DNA of 64,000 bases from Desulfovibrio sp. (GTDB lineage: Bacteria > Desulfobacterota > Desulfovibrionia > Desulfovibrionales > Desulfovibrionaceae): the NCBI GenBank assembly GCA_031272405.1, contig JAISTW010000020.1, forward strand, positions 7,970 to 71,969, read 5' to 3'. A program made the position numbers and the translations under genes. This document shows, one piece after another, positions 10,942 through 20,807 of this stretch. Numbering within the stretch: position 1 is the stretch's first letter; each line of letters opens with the position of its first letter. Below the pieces are notes generated by a model. It ran no database searches, had not been told where the DNA came from, and saw only the letters and a list, made by a program, of their open reading frames with translations.

Positions 10942-12360
10942 ATGCCCAGACAGAACAGCAGCGCCGCTTCAGGCCGCAAGGCGGGGAGCGGCGCTCTTGA
11001 TATTTTGCGTCGCGTGCCGCCCCACAGCGTTGAGGCCGAGCAGGCTGTGCTGGGCGGTCTTTTTTGCCGCAAGGACCTCATGCAAAGCCTTGTGGATGTC
11101 CTCAAGCCCGAGGATTTTTACCTGCCGTCACATCTGGTCATCTTTCGCGTTTGTCTTGACCTGTACAACAAAAACGATCCCATCGATCTTGTCAGCGTGG
11201 CCCAGAAGCTCAAGGACCGCAAGGAACTGGAAGACGCCGGCGGCGCCGTCTACCTCGCGGAACTGGCTCAGGCAGTCGTTTCCGGCGCCAACGCGGAATA
11301 TTACGCGACCATCGTGCGCGACAAGGCCATGCAACGCGCCATGATCGAAGTCTGCACCAACATTATCGGCAATTGCTTTGATGCCGTGGAAGACGTTCCC
11401 AGCCTGCTGGACGCCTCCGAGCAGGCCGTTTTTTCGGTTGCCCAGCGCACGGCGGTACGGGACTTTTCCACAACCCGCGATCTGATCGGCCCTGTTATCG
11501 AAAAATTGACCCTTCTGTCCGAATCCAGGGAGGTCGTCACCGGAGTGCCGACAGGGTATGCGCGTCTGGACAAGCTGACCACCGGACTCCAGCCTTCCGA
11601 CCTCATTGTGGTCGCGGCGCGTCCCAGCATGGGCAAAACGGCATTTGCCCTCAACATGACCCTGGCCGCGGTGACCAAAGACACGCCGGCCGTCATTTTC
11701 TCCCTGGAAATGAGCAAAGAGCAGCTTATGCTGCGTATGCTCGCCGCCTACGGCAAGGTGGACATGAGCCGTCTGCGCCAACCCAGGCTGCTGACCGGGG
11801 AAGACTGGGCCAGCGTGCAGAACGCGGCGGATGTCCTGCTCAGGGCGCCTTTGTATATTGACGACACGCCGGCCATCTCCACTCTGGAGTTGCGCGCCCG
11901 TTCCCGCCGTCTGAAGGCGGAAAAGGGGCTTGGCCTTGTCGTTGTGGACTATTTGCAGCTCATGCACGCAAGCCGGAGCTACAAGGATTCGCGGGAACTG
12001 GAAATATCGGAGATTTCCCGTTCTCTCAAGGCCCTGGCCAAAGAACTGGATATTCCCGTGGTGGCCCTTTCCCAGTTGAACCGCAAGGTCGAGGAACGCG
12101 GCGACAAGCGCCCCATTCTCTCCGACTTGCGGGAATCCGGCGCCATCGAACAGGACGCGGACGTCATCATGTTCATTTACCGCGACGACGTTTACAAGCA
12201 TCCCAAAGCTTCGGAGCGGCCCCCGCACGGACCGGCGGAAATCATTGTCGGCAAGCAACGCAACGGGCCGGTGGGCACCGTGGACTTGATGTACATAGCC
12301 CCCTACACATCCTTTGAGGACACGGCTCCGGAGCGCCCGGTCAGCCCTTCCGAAGGATAG
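10942..12360 (+). CDS. dnaB: Replicative DNA helicase
   Basis: PPHSVEAEQAVLG, Walker A ARPSMGKT, VVDYLQLM, SDLRESGAIEQDAD. Confidence 0.97.
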   Translation: MPRQNSSAASGRKAGSGALDILRRVPPHSVEAEQAVLGGLFCRKDLMQSLVDVLKPEDFYLPSHLVIFRVCLDLYNKNDPIDLVSVAQKLKDRKELEDAGGAVYLAELAQAVVSGANAEYYATIVRDKAMQRAMIEVCTNIIGNCFDAVEDVPSLLDASEQAVFSVAQRTAVRDFSTTRDLIGPVIEKLTLLSESREVVTGVPTGYARLDKLTTGLQPSDLIVVAARPSMGKTAFALNMTLAAVTKDTPAVIFSLEMSKEQLMLRMLAAYGKVDMSRLRQPRLLTGEDWASVQNAADVLLRAPLYIDDTPAISTLELRARSRRLKAEKGLGLVVVDYLQLMHASRSYKDSRELEISEISRSLKALAKELDIPVVALSQLNRKVEERGDKRPILSDLRESGAIEQDADVIMFIYRDDVYKHPKASERPPHGPAEIIVGKQRNGPVGTVDLMYIAPYTSFEDTAPERPVSPSEG

Positions 12361-12548
12361 GGAGACTGCGGGACGCCGGTTTGGGGCAACGCCCGACGGC
12401 CCGGACAGCGCGCCGGATTCCCCGGACGCCATGTTTTTCCTTGACAGAACTGAAGAACTTGTGAAAAAAGAAGTCAGTCGGGATGTGTCCCCTTTGTTGC
12501 GGCATTGCACGCATGTGCCTCAGACATGAACAACCGCACGGAATTGTT

Positions 12549-13265
12549 ATGAACAGGGATGATCTTCTTACGCGACAGCATGTCGCGCCACGCCTCGCCG
12601 CCGGGCTCTGCCTCCTCGCCCTCCTGCTGTGCGCCGCGCCGCGCGAGGTGCCGGCCTGGGACCATTTTATGGGCGCGCAACTCGCCGCCGAACCCGACAC
12701 CCATCAAAAACGGCTCTGGCGCAATCTTGAATCGCGCTGGAAAAAAGTGCTGGAAGGAGAAAAAAACGATCCCATTTTCGCGCCCGGCGGCAAAGCGAAA
12801 TTTCCCCAGCGCTGCCAGACGCTGTGGGACAAGCTGACGGCGGCCCTGCCCAAGGATAACCTGCGCAAGGCGCGCGAGGTCTGCGGTTTCCTCAATACCC
12901 AGTTCGCGGCCAACACGGACAAAAATCTGTACGGCGTCCCCGAGAAATGGGCTTCGCCGGCGGAAATGGTCGCCAAGGGCGGAGGCGACAGCGAAGACTT
13001 CGCCTTTCTTAAATATTTTGCCCTGCGTTCCCTGGGTTTCGCCGCCGATGACCTCCGGCTTCTGATTGTCGAACTGCCCGGGGGCGGAAACGCGGAACGC
13101 TGGGACGTGCTGCTGGCCGTGCGCATCAACGGACTTTACTATATACAGGACTTCACCTTTCGCCCCGCCGACCTGCTCATGCCCGCCAACGACGCCCTGG
13201 CGAAACATTACAAACTGAGCATCGCCTTTAACGAAGATGGGGCGAGCTACTACGCAAAACCGTAG
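12549..13265 (+). CDS. Transglutaminase-like cysteine peptidase (BTLCP/LapG-like), probably catalytically inactive
   Basis: Signal peptide; YGVPEKWASPAE...GGDSEDFAFLKYFALRSLG matches the family motif GDCEDYAxxKY but with Ser in place of Cys. Start codon uncertain (12483 or 12549). Confidence 0.7.
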   Translation: MNRDDLLTRQHVAPRLAAGLCLLALLLCAAPREVPAWDHFMGAQLAAEPDTHQKRLWRNLESRWKKVLEGEKNDPIFAPGGKAKFPQRCQTLWDKLTAALPKDNLRKAREVCGFLNTQFAANTDKNLYGVPEKWASPAEMVAKGGGDSEDFAFLKYFALRSLGFAADDLRLLIVELPGGGNAERWDVLLAVRINGLYYIQDFTFRPADLLMPANDALAKHYKLSIAFNEDGASYYAKP

Positions 13266-13385
13266 TCCGGCTGAAGCGGCTCACAAATGAGCGACCACGC
13301 CCCCCAACGGAGGCGGCTTCTGCCTTTGCGGGCGGCGTTGACAAACAGCGCGCAACGGGGCACAAATGGCCCCCAGGAGTCGCCC

Positions 13386-14966
13386 ATGAACACATTTTTT
13401 CTCACCACGCCGATTTACTATGTCAACGCCAATCCCCATCTGGGGCACGCCTACTCGACCATCGTCTCCGATGCCCTTGTCCGCTTTCATAAAATGCTCG
13501 GCGACGACACGTTCTTCCTGACCGGCACGGATGAGCACGGCGATAAAATCGCGCAGGCCGCCGAAAAACAGGGGATATCCCCTCAACGCTTCGCGGACGA
13601 AATCAGCGCCCGCTTCCAGGCCCTGTGGCCACAGTTGGGCATCGCCAACGACAGCTTCGTGCGCACCACGGACCCTGCCCACAAACAGGCCGTGCAAACC
13701 TTTCTGCAACGCGTTTACGACGCCGGGGACATTTATTTCGGCGAATTCGGCGGGCATTACTGCTACGGGTGCGAACGGTTCTACACGGAAAAGGAACTGG
13801 AAAACGGGCTCTGCCCCCAGCACAAAACGCGCCCGGAATTCATCAGCGAAAAGAATTATTTCTTCAAAATGTCCAAATATCTGCCCTGGCTCAGGGAACA
13901 TATCGAAAGCAACGAGAATTTTATCCGCCCCCGGCGCTACAGGGCCGAGGCCCTGGCCATGCTCGAATCCGGCGTTCTGGAGGATTTGTGCATCTCGCGC
14001 CCCAAGACGCGCTTGTCCTGGGGCATCGAATTGCCCTTTGACAGCGACTACGTCTGCTACGTCTGGTTTGACGCCCTCATCAACTACATCAGCGCGCTGG
14101 GTTGGCCGGACGGCGAAAATTACGCCCGCTACTGGCCCGGCGAACACCTGGTCGCCAAGGATATCCTCAAACCTCACGCCGTGTTCTGGCCTCCCATGCT
14201 CAAGGCCGCCGGCCTGCCCGTCTACAAACACCTGAACGTGCATGGCTACTGGCTTGTACGCGACACCAAGATGTCAAAAACACTGGGAAATGTCGTTGAT
14301 CCGCTGGACATGAGCCGGCGTTTCGGGTTGGATGCCTTCCGCTACTTCCTGCTGCGGGAAATGCGCTTCGGCGAGGACGCGGGATTCAGCGAAGAGGCCC
14401 TGACCCTCAGAATCAACGCGGATCTGGCCAATGACCTCGGCAATCTTTTCAGCCGCGTGCTCGCCATGACAGCCAAGTATTTCGATTGCCGCGTCCCGGA
14501 AGCGGCCGCCCTGACAGACGCGGATGAGGACATCGCCGAAGGCAGTCTGCGCGCCCTGCGCAACTTTGTGCAGCTGTTCGGCAACACGCGCTTCGACGTC
14601 GCGCTGGAATCGCTGTGGGAAAACATACGCGCCATGAACAAGTACGTGGACAGTCAGGCCCCCTGGGCCCTGCACAAACAGGGGGACACGGCCAGACTGG
14701 GCACGGTGATGCACGTGTTGCTGACGGCCATGCGCAAGGCCGCCCTGTGCCTGTGGCCCGTCATGCCCGAAGCCTCAAACAGAATGCTGGAACAGCTCGG
14801 CTGCCCGCCCGGCGCGCCCCCAACAACAACCCTGCCGCGTGAAGGCGAGGCCTTTGACGGGCTTGCGCCCGGCACGGTCGTGGCCGCTTCGTCCAACATA
14901 TTCCCCCGCCTTGAGGTCAAAAAGGAAAATGCCGGAAACGTCAAAAAGCAAAGGAGCCGTCCGTGA
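13386..14966 (+). CDS. metG: Methionyl-tRNA synthetase (short form, no C-terminal tRNA-binding domain)
   Basis: TTPIYYVNANPHLGHAY (HIGH), GTDEHG, YVWFDAL, KMSKT; AGGAG RBS before ATG 13386. Confidence 0.95.
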   Translation: MNTFFLTTPIYYVNANPHLGHAYSTIVSDALVRFHKMLGDDTFFLTGTDEHGDKIAQAAEKQGISPQRFADEISARFQALWPQLGIANDSFVRTTDPAHKQAVQTFLQRVYDAGDIYFGEFGGHYCYGCERFYTEKELENGLCPQHKTRPEFISEKNYFFKMSKYLPWLREHIESNENFIRPRRYRAEALAMLESGVLEDLCISRPKTRLSWGIELPFDSDYVCYVWFDALINYISALGWPDGENYARYWPGEHLVAKDILKPHAVFWPPMLKAAGLPVYKHLNVHGYWLVRDTKMSKTLGNVVDPLDMSRRFGLDAFRYFLLREMRFGEDAGFSEEALTLRINADLANDLGNLFSRVLAMTAKYFDCRVPEAAALTDADEDIAEGSLRALRNFVQLFGNTRFDVALESLWENIRAMNKYVDSQAPWALHKQGDTARLGTVMHVLLTAMRKAALCLWPVMPEASNRMLEQLGCPPGAPPTTTLPREGEAFDGLAPGTVVAASSNIFPRLEVKKENAGNVKKQRSRP

Positions 14967-15151
14967 GCACAATCATCCCCCAAAGCGAGCTGGTGCGCAA
15001 AGCTCTGGCCTACATCATGGAACAGCGCGCCCTCAATCCCGACAAATCAATATCCGGCATACTTGATGAAGCGGGCATGCGCTTCAACCTGACGCCGCTG
15101 GACGCGGCCGCCCTGGAACGCCTTCTGCAGGACGCCCCGGGCGAAAACTAG
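14963..15151 (+). CDS. Small conserved hypothetical protein
   Basis: 62 aa, GTG start overlapping the metG stop with AGGAG RBS; fills the metG-uppP gap exactly. Confidence 0.7.
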   Translation: MSTIIPQSELVRKALAYIMEQRALNPDKSISGILDEAGMRFNLTPLDAAALERLLQDAPGEN

Positions 15152-15154
15152 CGC

Positions 15155-15958
15155 ATGGACAATCTGTTCACAGCTCTGGTTTTGAGCATTGTGGAAGGGG
15201 TGACGGAATTTTTGCCCGTTTCCTCCTCAGGGCATCTCATACTGGCCGGAAACATCCTCAACTTTACCGGAGAACGCGCGGCCACCTTTGACGTCGTCAT
15301 CCAGCTCGGGGCCATACTCGCCGTGGTGGTCCTGTACCGAAAACGCTTTCTCTGGCTTGCGCTCCCGGGGAAGCGGGAAGCCGGCGCGCGCTTCGCCGGA
15401 CTGCGCGGCATCGGGCTTCTCGTCCTGACAAGCCTGCCCGCCTGCATGCTGGGCCTTGCCCTGCATTCTTCCATCAAACACTATCTCTTCCGGCCGCTCA
15501 CGGTGCTGATAGCCCTGGTGATCGGCGCCGTGTGCATGATTATTGTGGAACGGCGCAAATACGACGTTGTTTGCGACAATCTGGACGGAATAACGCCGCG
15601 CCTGGCCCTGGGCATAGGCTGTTTTCAGTGCCTGGCCCTCTGGCCCGGCTTTTCCCGTTCCGCCGCGACCATTATGGGCGGCATGATGCTGGGGACGGGA
15701 CGCGCCCTCGCGGCCGAATATTCCTTCATCGCCGCCGTGCCCATCATGATTGCCGCGACAGGCTACGACATGCTCAAGAGCCTGTCCCTGTTCAGCGCGG
15801 CGGACATTCCCTTTTTTCTGACCGGGCTGGCCGGAGCCTTTGTCTCGGCCCTGCTGGCCGTCAAAATCTTTGTGGCCCTGCTGGGCAGAACAAGTCTGAT
15901 TCCCTTTGCCGTATACCGGCTCCTGATTGCGCCCTTCGTCTATTATTTCATGATCTGA
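15155..15958 (+). CDS. uppP: Undecaprenyl-diphosphate phosphatase
   Basis: VEGVTEFLPVSSSGH, IQLGAILAV, PGFSRSAAT. Confidence 0.95.
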   Translation: MDNLFTALVLSIVEGVTEFLPVSSSGHLILAGNILNFTGERAATFDVVIQLGAILAVVVLYRKRFLWLALPGKREAGARFAGLRGIGLLVLTSLPACMLGLALHSSIKHYLFRPLTVLIALVIGAVCMIIVERRKYDVVCDNLDGITPRLALGIGCFQCLALWPGFSRSAATIMGGMMLGTGRALAAEYSFIAAVPIMIAATGYDMLKSLSLFSAADIPFFLTGLAGAFVSALLAVKIFVALLGRTSLIPFAVYRLLIAPFVYYFMI

Positions 15959-16011
15959 AAAATCCTGTTGCAACAATTGATCGTCATCGGTTTTGACCCC
16001 GCCTTCTGTGA

Positions 16012-16998
16012 TTAGCCGCCTTTGCGCCGATAACGCTGATTGCGCGAATTCGGAGCGTCCGGCAACGTCATTTCAATACGTCCCCGCTCCAGCGCGGGGC
16101 GCAGATAGTTTTGCCTGAATGTCGGACGATGCTTCAAGTCCAGCAGGTTCATCAGCTCCGCCGCCGACAGCGTGTTCGCGCCGAGAACCTCAAGCAGTCG
16201 TCTGACTTGGTCGGTAACTTGGTCGTTGTCTTGGTCGGTGCAACCGCCGATGGCCGCGCTGATCGCGTTGAGCATAAGCGTGACGAACTCCGTGGAGTCC
16301 CTGGCCTCGTTTGAATGGGCCAAAGCGGCGTAATACTCCTGCTGACGGGCGCGCACAATGCCTTCAACAGGCAACCAGGCAAAAATCCGCTTCCATCGCG
16401 AAAGCAAGAGCGTTTGCCACATTCTGCCCATACGCCCGTTGCCGTCCTGGAACGGGTGGACGAACTCAAATTCATAATGGAACACACAACTTCTGATCAG
16501 CGGGTGGACTGCGGCGTCCTTGACCCACAAAATCAAGTCCGCCACCAGCCTGGGCACATCGTCGGCGGGCGGCGCGATATGGATTATCTTCCCGCCGCGG
16601 GCGATGCCGACAAAACCGCTCCGAAACCGCCCCGCTTCCTCCACCAGACCTTTCATCAAAATTCCGTGCGCGGAGAGCAGGTCGCCGATGTCATACGGGT
16701 TGAAGTCCAACAGGTTGTTGTACGCCCGGATGGCGTTCCGCGCCTCAAGTATATCCTGCGGCGGCGCAAGCACGCGCTTGCCGTCGAGCAATGCCGTGAC
16801 CTGTTCCACCGTCAGCGTGTTGTTTTCTATCGCCAGCGACGACTGAATTGACTTGATGCGGTTGATGCGGCGCAGTTTGGGGTTTTGCTCCATACCGCCG
16901 TGAATCGTCAGCGCCTCCGCTTTGGCGGCGATGTCCGCGACAAGCGTGACGATTTCGTCTGTGAGCGTGTACTTCGGCTTATACAGAAACCCTTTCAT
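16012..16998 (-). CDS. Fic family protein with C-terminal HTH
   Basis: Canonical HPFQDGNGRMGR, N-terminal SSLAIEN inhibitory-type motif, C-terminal PNSRNQRY. Confidence 0.9.
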   Translation of the reverse strand: MKGFLYKPKYTLTDEIVTLVADIAAKAEALTIHGGMEQNPKLRRINRIKSIQSSLAIENNTLTVEQVTALLDGKRVLAPPQDILEARNAIRAYNNLLDFNPYDIGDLLSAHGILMKGLVEEAGRFRSGFVGIARGGKIIHIAPPADDVPRLVADLILWVKDAAVHPLIRSCVFHYEFEFVHPFQDGNGRMGRMWQTLLLSRWKRIFAWLPVEGIVRARQQEYYAALAHSNEARDSTEFVTLMLNAISAAIGGCTDQDNDQVTDQVRRLLEVLGANTLSAAELMNLLDLKHRPTFRQNYLRPALERGRIEMTLPDAPNSRNQRYRRKGG

Positions 16999-17032
16999 GC
17001 CGCACAGCGCTATAATTTTCAGTTTGGACAGG

Positions 17033-18727
17033 TCATTTCATAAAGAAACACTTGGGCCAGGCGCATATTTTGCAATGCAGGCACAGACCGCCTTCGCCCA
17101 TGCCCGCCAGTTCCGGCCGAGTTATGCAACGGCCGGCCAGAAGTCTGGGCAAAAGCGCGTCAAACAGGGTCGTCTTGTGAAAGAGGACGCAAGCGGGCGC
17201 GCCGATGACCTGCATTTCACCCGGACCGGGCTGTTCCACCCTGTCAAAGTCCGGGCGCGCGTGGATATCCACCGTGTCCGCCGTCCGCCCGGGCGCGGCC
17301 ATGCGTCCCACAAGCATCATGGCGCCGGGCAGCACAGGCGCGCCGTGCAGCGCGTCCACCAGGCCGGCGTCAATAAGGGCGGCGCGCGTCACGTCTTCGG
17401 GGTCAACGGACAGACCGCCGGTCGTCACCAGCAGATCGGCCCCGGCCGCGCGTATGCGCTCCACCGCCTCGCCTATGCGCGTTTTGTCGTCCGGCGTTAT
17501 CACGGACAGAACCACGCTGCAGGAGAAGGCTTCCACCTTGGCCGTGATCGTGGGAATGAATTTGTCCTCAATGAGTCCGTTGAAAACTTCCGTGCCGGTC
17601 ACCAGTATGCCGACCTTTGCCCGCCGCAGGGGCAAAACGGAAAAAAGCGGCTTGTGGAGCAGTTCCAGCGCCTCGGCAAAGCGGGATTTGCCGATGTACA
17701 GGGGGATAATGCGCGTGGCGGCCAGGCTGCCCCCGGCTTCCACCAGCACGGCGTCCTGTCTGGCGGCGCACATGATGTCGCCGGGCAGGTTGAAAGCGAG
17801 AAGGCGGGCCGCGTCCAGGGAAAAAAGCCCGTCCGCGCCGGCCCTGAATCCTATTTTGCCCTCGCGCGGCTCGTCGTCGGCAAGAATGTTCGCGCCGGGC
17901 ATACGGCGCGCAAAGGCCAGTGCGGCATCATTTTCATGCACCGCGTCCCCGGCGTCGCTGCCCTCGCTCACCGCCAGGGAAAAACGGCCCATGTGCTGCA
18001 GGCGGCGCACGTCGTCCGCGCTTATCACCTGCCCGGCCAGAAATTCGGCCCCCTTGCTCTCGCCGGGCAGCACGCGGGTCATATCGTGCAGAGCCGTCCT
18101 GCCCACAGCCTGTTCAGCCGGAAGCACGGAAACACGCGGGGAAGAGGTCTTGTCGTGTTCGGCCAGGGTGTAGGGCGCCTCCCCCTGACAACCGCGGCAA
18201 ATCACTCCGTCCTTGGCCGGGAAAGCCTCGCCGCAGGAAGGACACACGGATATGGCGCCCACACGCGCGTGGCCCCTGAAGCGGTCGCGGATGTGGATGC
18301 GCTCCAGGCCGCACACGCTGTCTCCGGCTTCTTCTATTTCCCGCAACAACTTTTCGGCGTCCTGGTCCGCCTTGGCCTTCTCTTTCAGAAACCAGGCCCG
18401 CAGTTCCGGCCACGCGGCCAGTCTGGGCACATCCACATACACGCGCGCGCCCTCGCCCGTGTATTTGTCGAACATGGAGAGCGCGTACCTGCCCAGGTTG
18501 AGCACCTTCATCCAGTTGTTGCCCGCGCTGCACGGCGTGAGCAGTTGCACCGCGTCGGGCAGACATTTTTTGCTCTCCACGACAACCTCAAAAAGCGTTC
18601 CGGGGGGGAGGGCCGCTCTGGCCTTTTCCACCATATAGCCGCCGAGCAGAAGTCCCGGCGCCGGGTAGCCGTGAAAGGCGGCCGCCTTTGCCTTGAATTC
18701 CTCAAAAGAATACTGGCCGATGTTCAT
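17033..18727 (-). CDS. FmdE-domain / zinc finger / molybdopterin-binding (MoeA-like) fusion protein
   Basis: FHGYPAPGLLLG, CLPDAVQLLTPC, CPSCGE...CRGC, VTGTEV, TTGGLSVDPEDVT, PVLPG. Confidence 0.8.
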   Translation of the reverse strand: MNIGQYSFEEFKAKAAAFHGYPAPGLLLGGYMVEKARAALPPGTLFEVVVESKKCLPDAVQLLTPCSAGNNWMKVLNLGRYALSMFDKYTGEGARVYVDVPRLAAWPELRAWFLKEKAKADQDAEKLLREIEEAGDSVCGLERIHIRDRFRGHARVGAISVCPSCGEAFPAKDGVICRGCQGEAPYTLAEHDKTSSPRVSVLPAEQAVGRTALHDMTRVLPGESKGAEFLAGQVISADDVRRLQHMGRFSLAVSEGSDAGDAVHENDAALAFARRMPGANILADDEPREGKIGFRAGADGLFSLDAARLLAFNLPGDIMCAARQDAVLVEAGGSLAATRIIPLYIGKSRFAEALELLHKPLFSVLPLRRAKVGILVTGTEVFNGLIEDKFIPTITAKVEAFSCSVVLSVITPDDKTRIGEAVERIRAAGADLLVTTGGLSVDPEDVTRAALIDAGLVDALHGAPVLPGAMMLVGRMAAPGRTADTVDIHARPDFDRVEQPGPGEMQVIGAPACVLFHKTTLFDALLPRLLAGRCITRPELAGMGEGGLCLHCKICAWPKCFFMK

Positions 18728-19713
18728 GGTTTTTCCATAGCATGTTGAGCGGAACAAGTCAAAGACGCCGCGCGGGAACCATTGGCGTAACAGTATTCGC
18801 AAAAATGCCGGCACGTGTTGTACGCGCCGATATCCTTGGCCGGCGCGCAACGGCAGGCCTTGCGCTGTCCCCTGTCCCTGGCGGCGACGCCCTGTCGGCA
18901 GATGCCGGCGTCCAAAGGCTCCTCGCCGACGCAGCGGCAGATTTTTCTGATCTCCGGATCGCTCCCGCGCAGACGCAGAATGAACTCGCCGTCAATACAG
19001 CTGTTTCTTGCAATCCCGAATGACGACAAGTCCGCTTCTTCCGCGCACGTCGCCGGAACAAGCCGGTTTCCCCACCCCTTTGCCAGCTTCGAAACGCCTT
19101 CGGCGATGGCGAGCGTTTCGTCCGGCCCGGGGGCGTGCAGAGAGGAGTCGAGTTTCCTGAGCCTGACCGCCGTTTTTCTGTACATGTCCACAAAACTGAA
19201 GACAAGTTTTTCCGTGTGGTTTTTCAGCCTGTCTCCAATGGCCTCCATTCTTTCCACAACAGCCTCGACCGGCAGGCTTTTGCCCAGGATAATGGGATCA
19301 TAGCGCCATATCACACGCTCCCGGCCCAGCATATCCGAAAGCCGCTCAAATGTTTGCAGGCGTTCCTCCAGCCCGGGCAAGCCCGGCTCCAGCATTTCCC
19401 GTTCATAGTTATTGAGCGTGAACTGAAAATAAAAGGCCTGCCCCGCCTTTTCGAGGGCATCAATATGTCGCAGAAAGGGCGCGGGATTCTTGGTCCAGAA
19501 AACGATCAGCTTGCAGTTTTGGAAGGATACCAGCGTCGTGGCGTTGTTGAAGGGGTTTTTCCAGCGCGTGTAGCCGTCGCCCAGACGGCGCATGAACCAT
19601 TCCCCGTGAAAGGCCGGAATGTCCGTCGCCCTGCTGGCCGAGACGATGCAGGGCGCGATGCCCTTTTCCCGACCGCGGTCCGTTTGCGCCTCAACAACGG
19701 GCCATTTTGCCAT
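18724..19713 (-). CDS. DUF1848-like radical-SAM-related protein
   Basis: IVSASRATDIPAF, VFWTKNP, WRYDPI, DIGAYNTCRHFCEYCYAN. Confidence 0.8.
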   Translation of the reverse strand: MAKWPVVEAQTDRGREKGIAPCIVSASRATDIPAFHGEWFMRRLGDGYTRWKNPFNNATTLVSFQNCKLIVFWTKNPAPFLRHIDALEKAGQAFYFQFTLNNYEREMLEPGLPGLEERLQTFERLSDMLGRERVIWRYDPIILGKSLPVEAVVERMEAIGDRLKNHTEKLVFSFVDMYRKTAVRLRKLDSSLHAPGPDETLAIAEGVSKLAKGWGNRLVPATCAEEADLSSFGIARNSCIDGEFILRLRGSDPEIRKICRCVGEEPLDAGICRQGVAARDRGQRKACRCAPAKDIGAYNTCRHFCEYCYANGSRAASLTCSAQHAMEKP

Positions 19714-19730
19714 ATGCCCGGAAAAACACG

Positions 19731-20681
19731 CTAGAATCTGTTCCAGAAGGACGGTTTGAGCGGATGGAGTTTCTTGTCGGCCGCCACCATGTCCAGATGC
19801 ATCATCCCCAGAGCCAGAGCGTCCAGGTTGGGCCTGGATTCGCGTTCACGCAAATCCACGGTGGGGCAATAGGCTTTGCAGGAAGTGCACCAGTCCAGCC
19901 GTTCGCCTTGGGCGGGGCCGCTTTCACGCAACAATTCCATGACGCCGCCCTCCTTGCCGCAGGCCGGGCAGGCCCCGCGCCGAAATTTCCAGTCGGCGCC
20001 GCACAGCCCGCAGTGCAGATGCTTTTTGCCGCCGCCGCTCACAAGAAAGGCGTTTTTCTCCTCAAGCGCCGGTTTGTCGAACCAGCCCATAGACGGAAGG
20101 GAACCGCATACCGGGCAGTACCCCTGCCGCCAGACATTGCCGGCATCCCACGGGGCTTCTCCTTCCACCGCCGGAATCCGCGCGGTCATGGCCCGCAACA
20201 CGGGGGCCAGCACAAGCCCGGTCACAAATTCCAGCAGGGCCGGCTCCAGGCCGCCCTGTCCGCCCAGGCGCTCAAAAACGCCGGCGTCGCCGCTCACGAC
20301 GGCTTCGGCCAAAAGCTCGCGCCGGTCCTGGGCCCCCTTGCGCGCGGGCTTAAGGAAAAAGGCTTCCAGGGCCGGCACATGCGTTTTCATGGCTTCCAGA
20401 CCGGCCAACAGAGGCAACAGTTTTTTGGCGCTGCGGCGCATGGCCGAGGCCGCGCCGGTCAGCGGAACTCCGGCCAGCAGCGACGCCCCCTGCCGGGCGC
20501 GTTCAGGGTCAAATTCCGGCAAACGCGGAGCTGAAGCGCGCAAAGCCCTGGTCAATCCGGCGGCCACATCCGCCTGGGCGATCAATACCGGCTCGAAAAA
20601 CCGCAGAACAGGCTCAAGCACAGGACGGCGTTTCAGCACGTCGGCTATTGTTTCCGCCACAGTCTGGCAGGATGCGGCCAT
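19731..20681 (-). CDS. fdhE: Formate dehydrogenase accessory protein
   Basis: CPVCGS, CGLC, CPACG, CTSC motifs; lies downstream of the fdh genes. Confidence 0.9.
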   Translation of the reverse strand: MAASCQTVAETIADVLKRRPVLEPVLRFFEPVLIAQADVAAGLTRALRASAPRLPEFDPERARQGASLLAGVPLTGAASAMRRSAKKLLPLLAGLEAMKTHVPALEAFFLKPARKGAQDRRELLAEAVVSGDAGVFERLGGQGGLEPALLEFVTGLVLAPVLRAMTARIPAVEGEAPWDAGNVWRQGYCPVCGSLPSMGWFDKPALEEKNAFLVSGGGKKHLHCGLCGADWKFRRGACPACGKEGGVMELLRESGPAQGERLDWCTSCKAYCPTVDLRERESRPNLDALALGMMHLDMVAADKKLHPLKPSFWNRF

Positions 20682-20692
20682 GAGTGCTCCTC

Positions 20693-20720
20693 AAAAAAAA
20701 CGGAGGTTCAGGCCTCCGCG
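20693..20720 (-). terminator. Terminator-like hairpin between fdh beta subunit and fdhE
   Basis: Minus strand reads CGGAGG-CCTGAA-CCTCCG followed by a T-run. Confidence 0.45.
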
Positions 20721-20807
20721 TTGAAGGCGACGGCGGGACACGCCTTCGCGCCCCGCCGATCAAATGCCGGATACGCCTAAGATCGCCAATGAAGCCATCG
20801 CTCCGCG

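Noticed and set aside
16206-16240. Short 12-bp-period repeats in the fic gene (TDQDNDQVTDQV)
   Set aside because: A low-complexity coding linker; not CRISPR-like.
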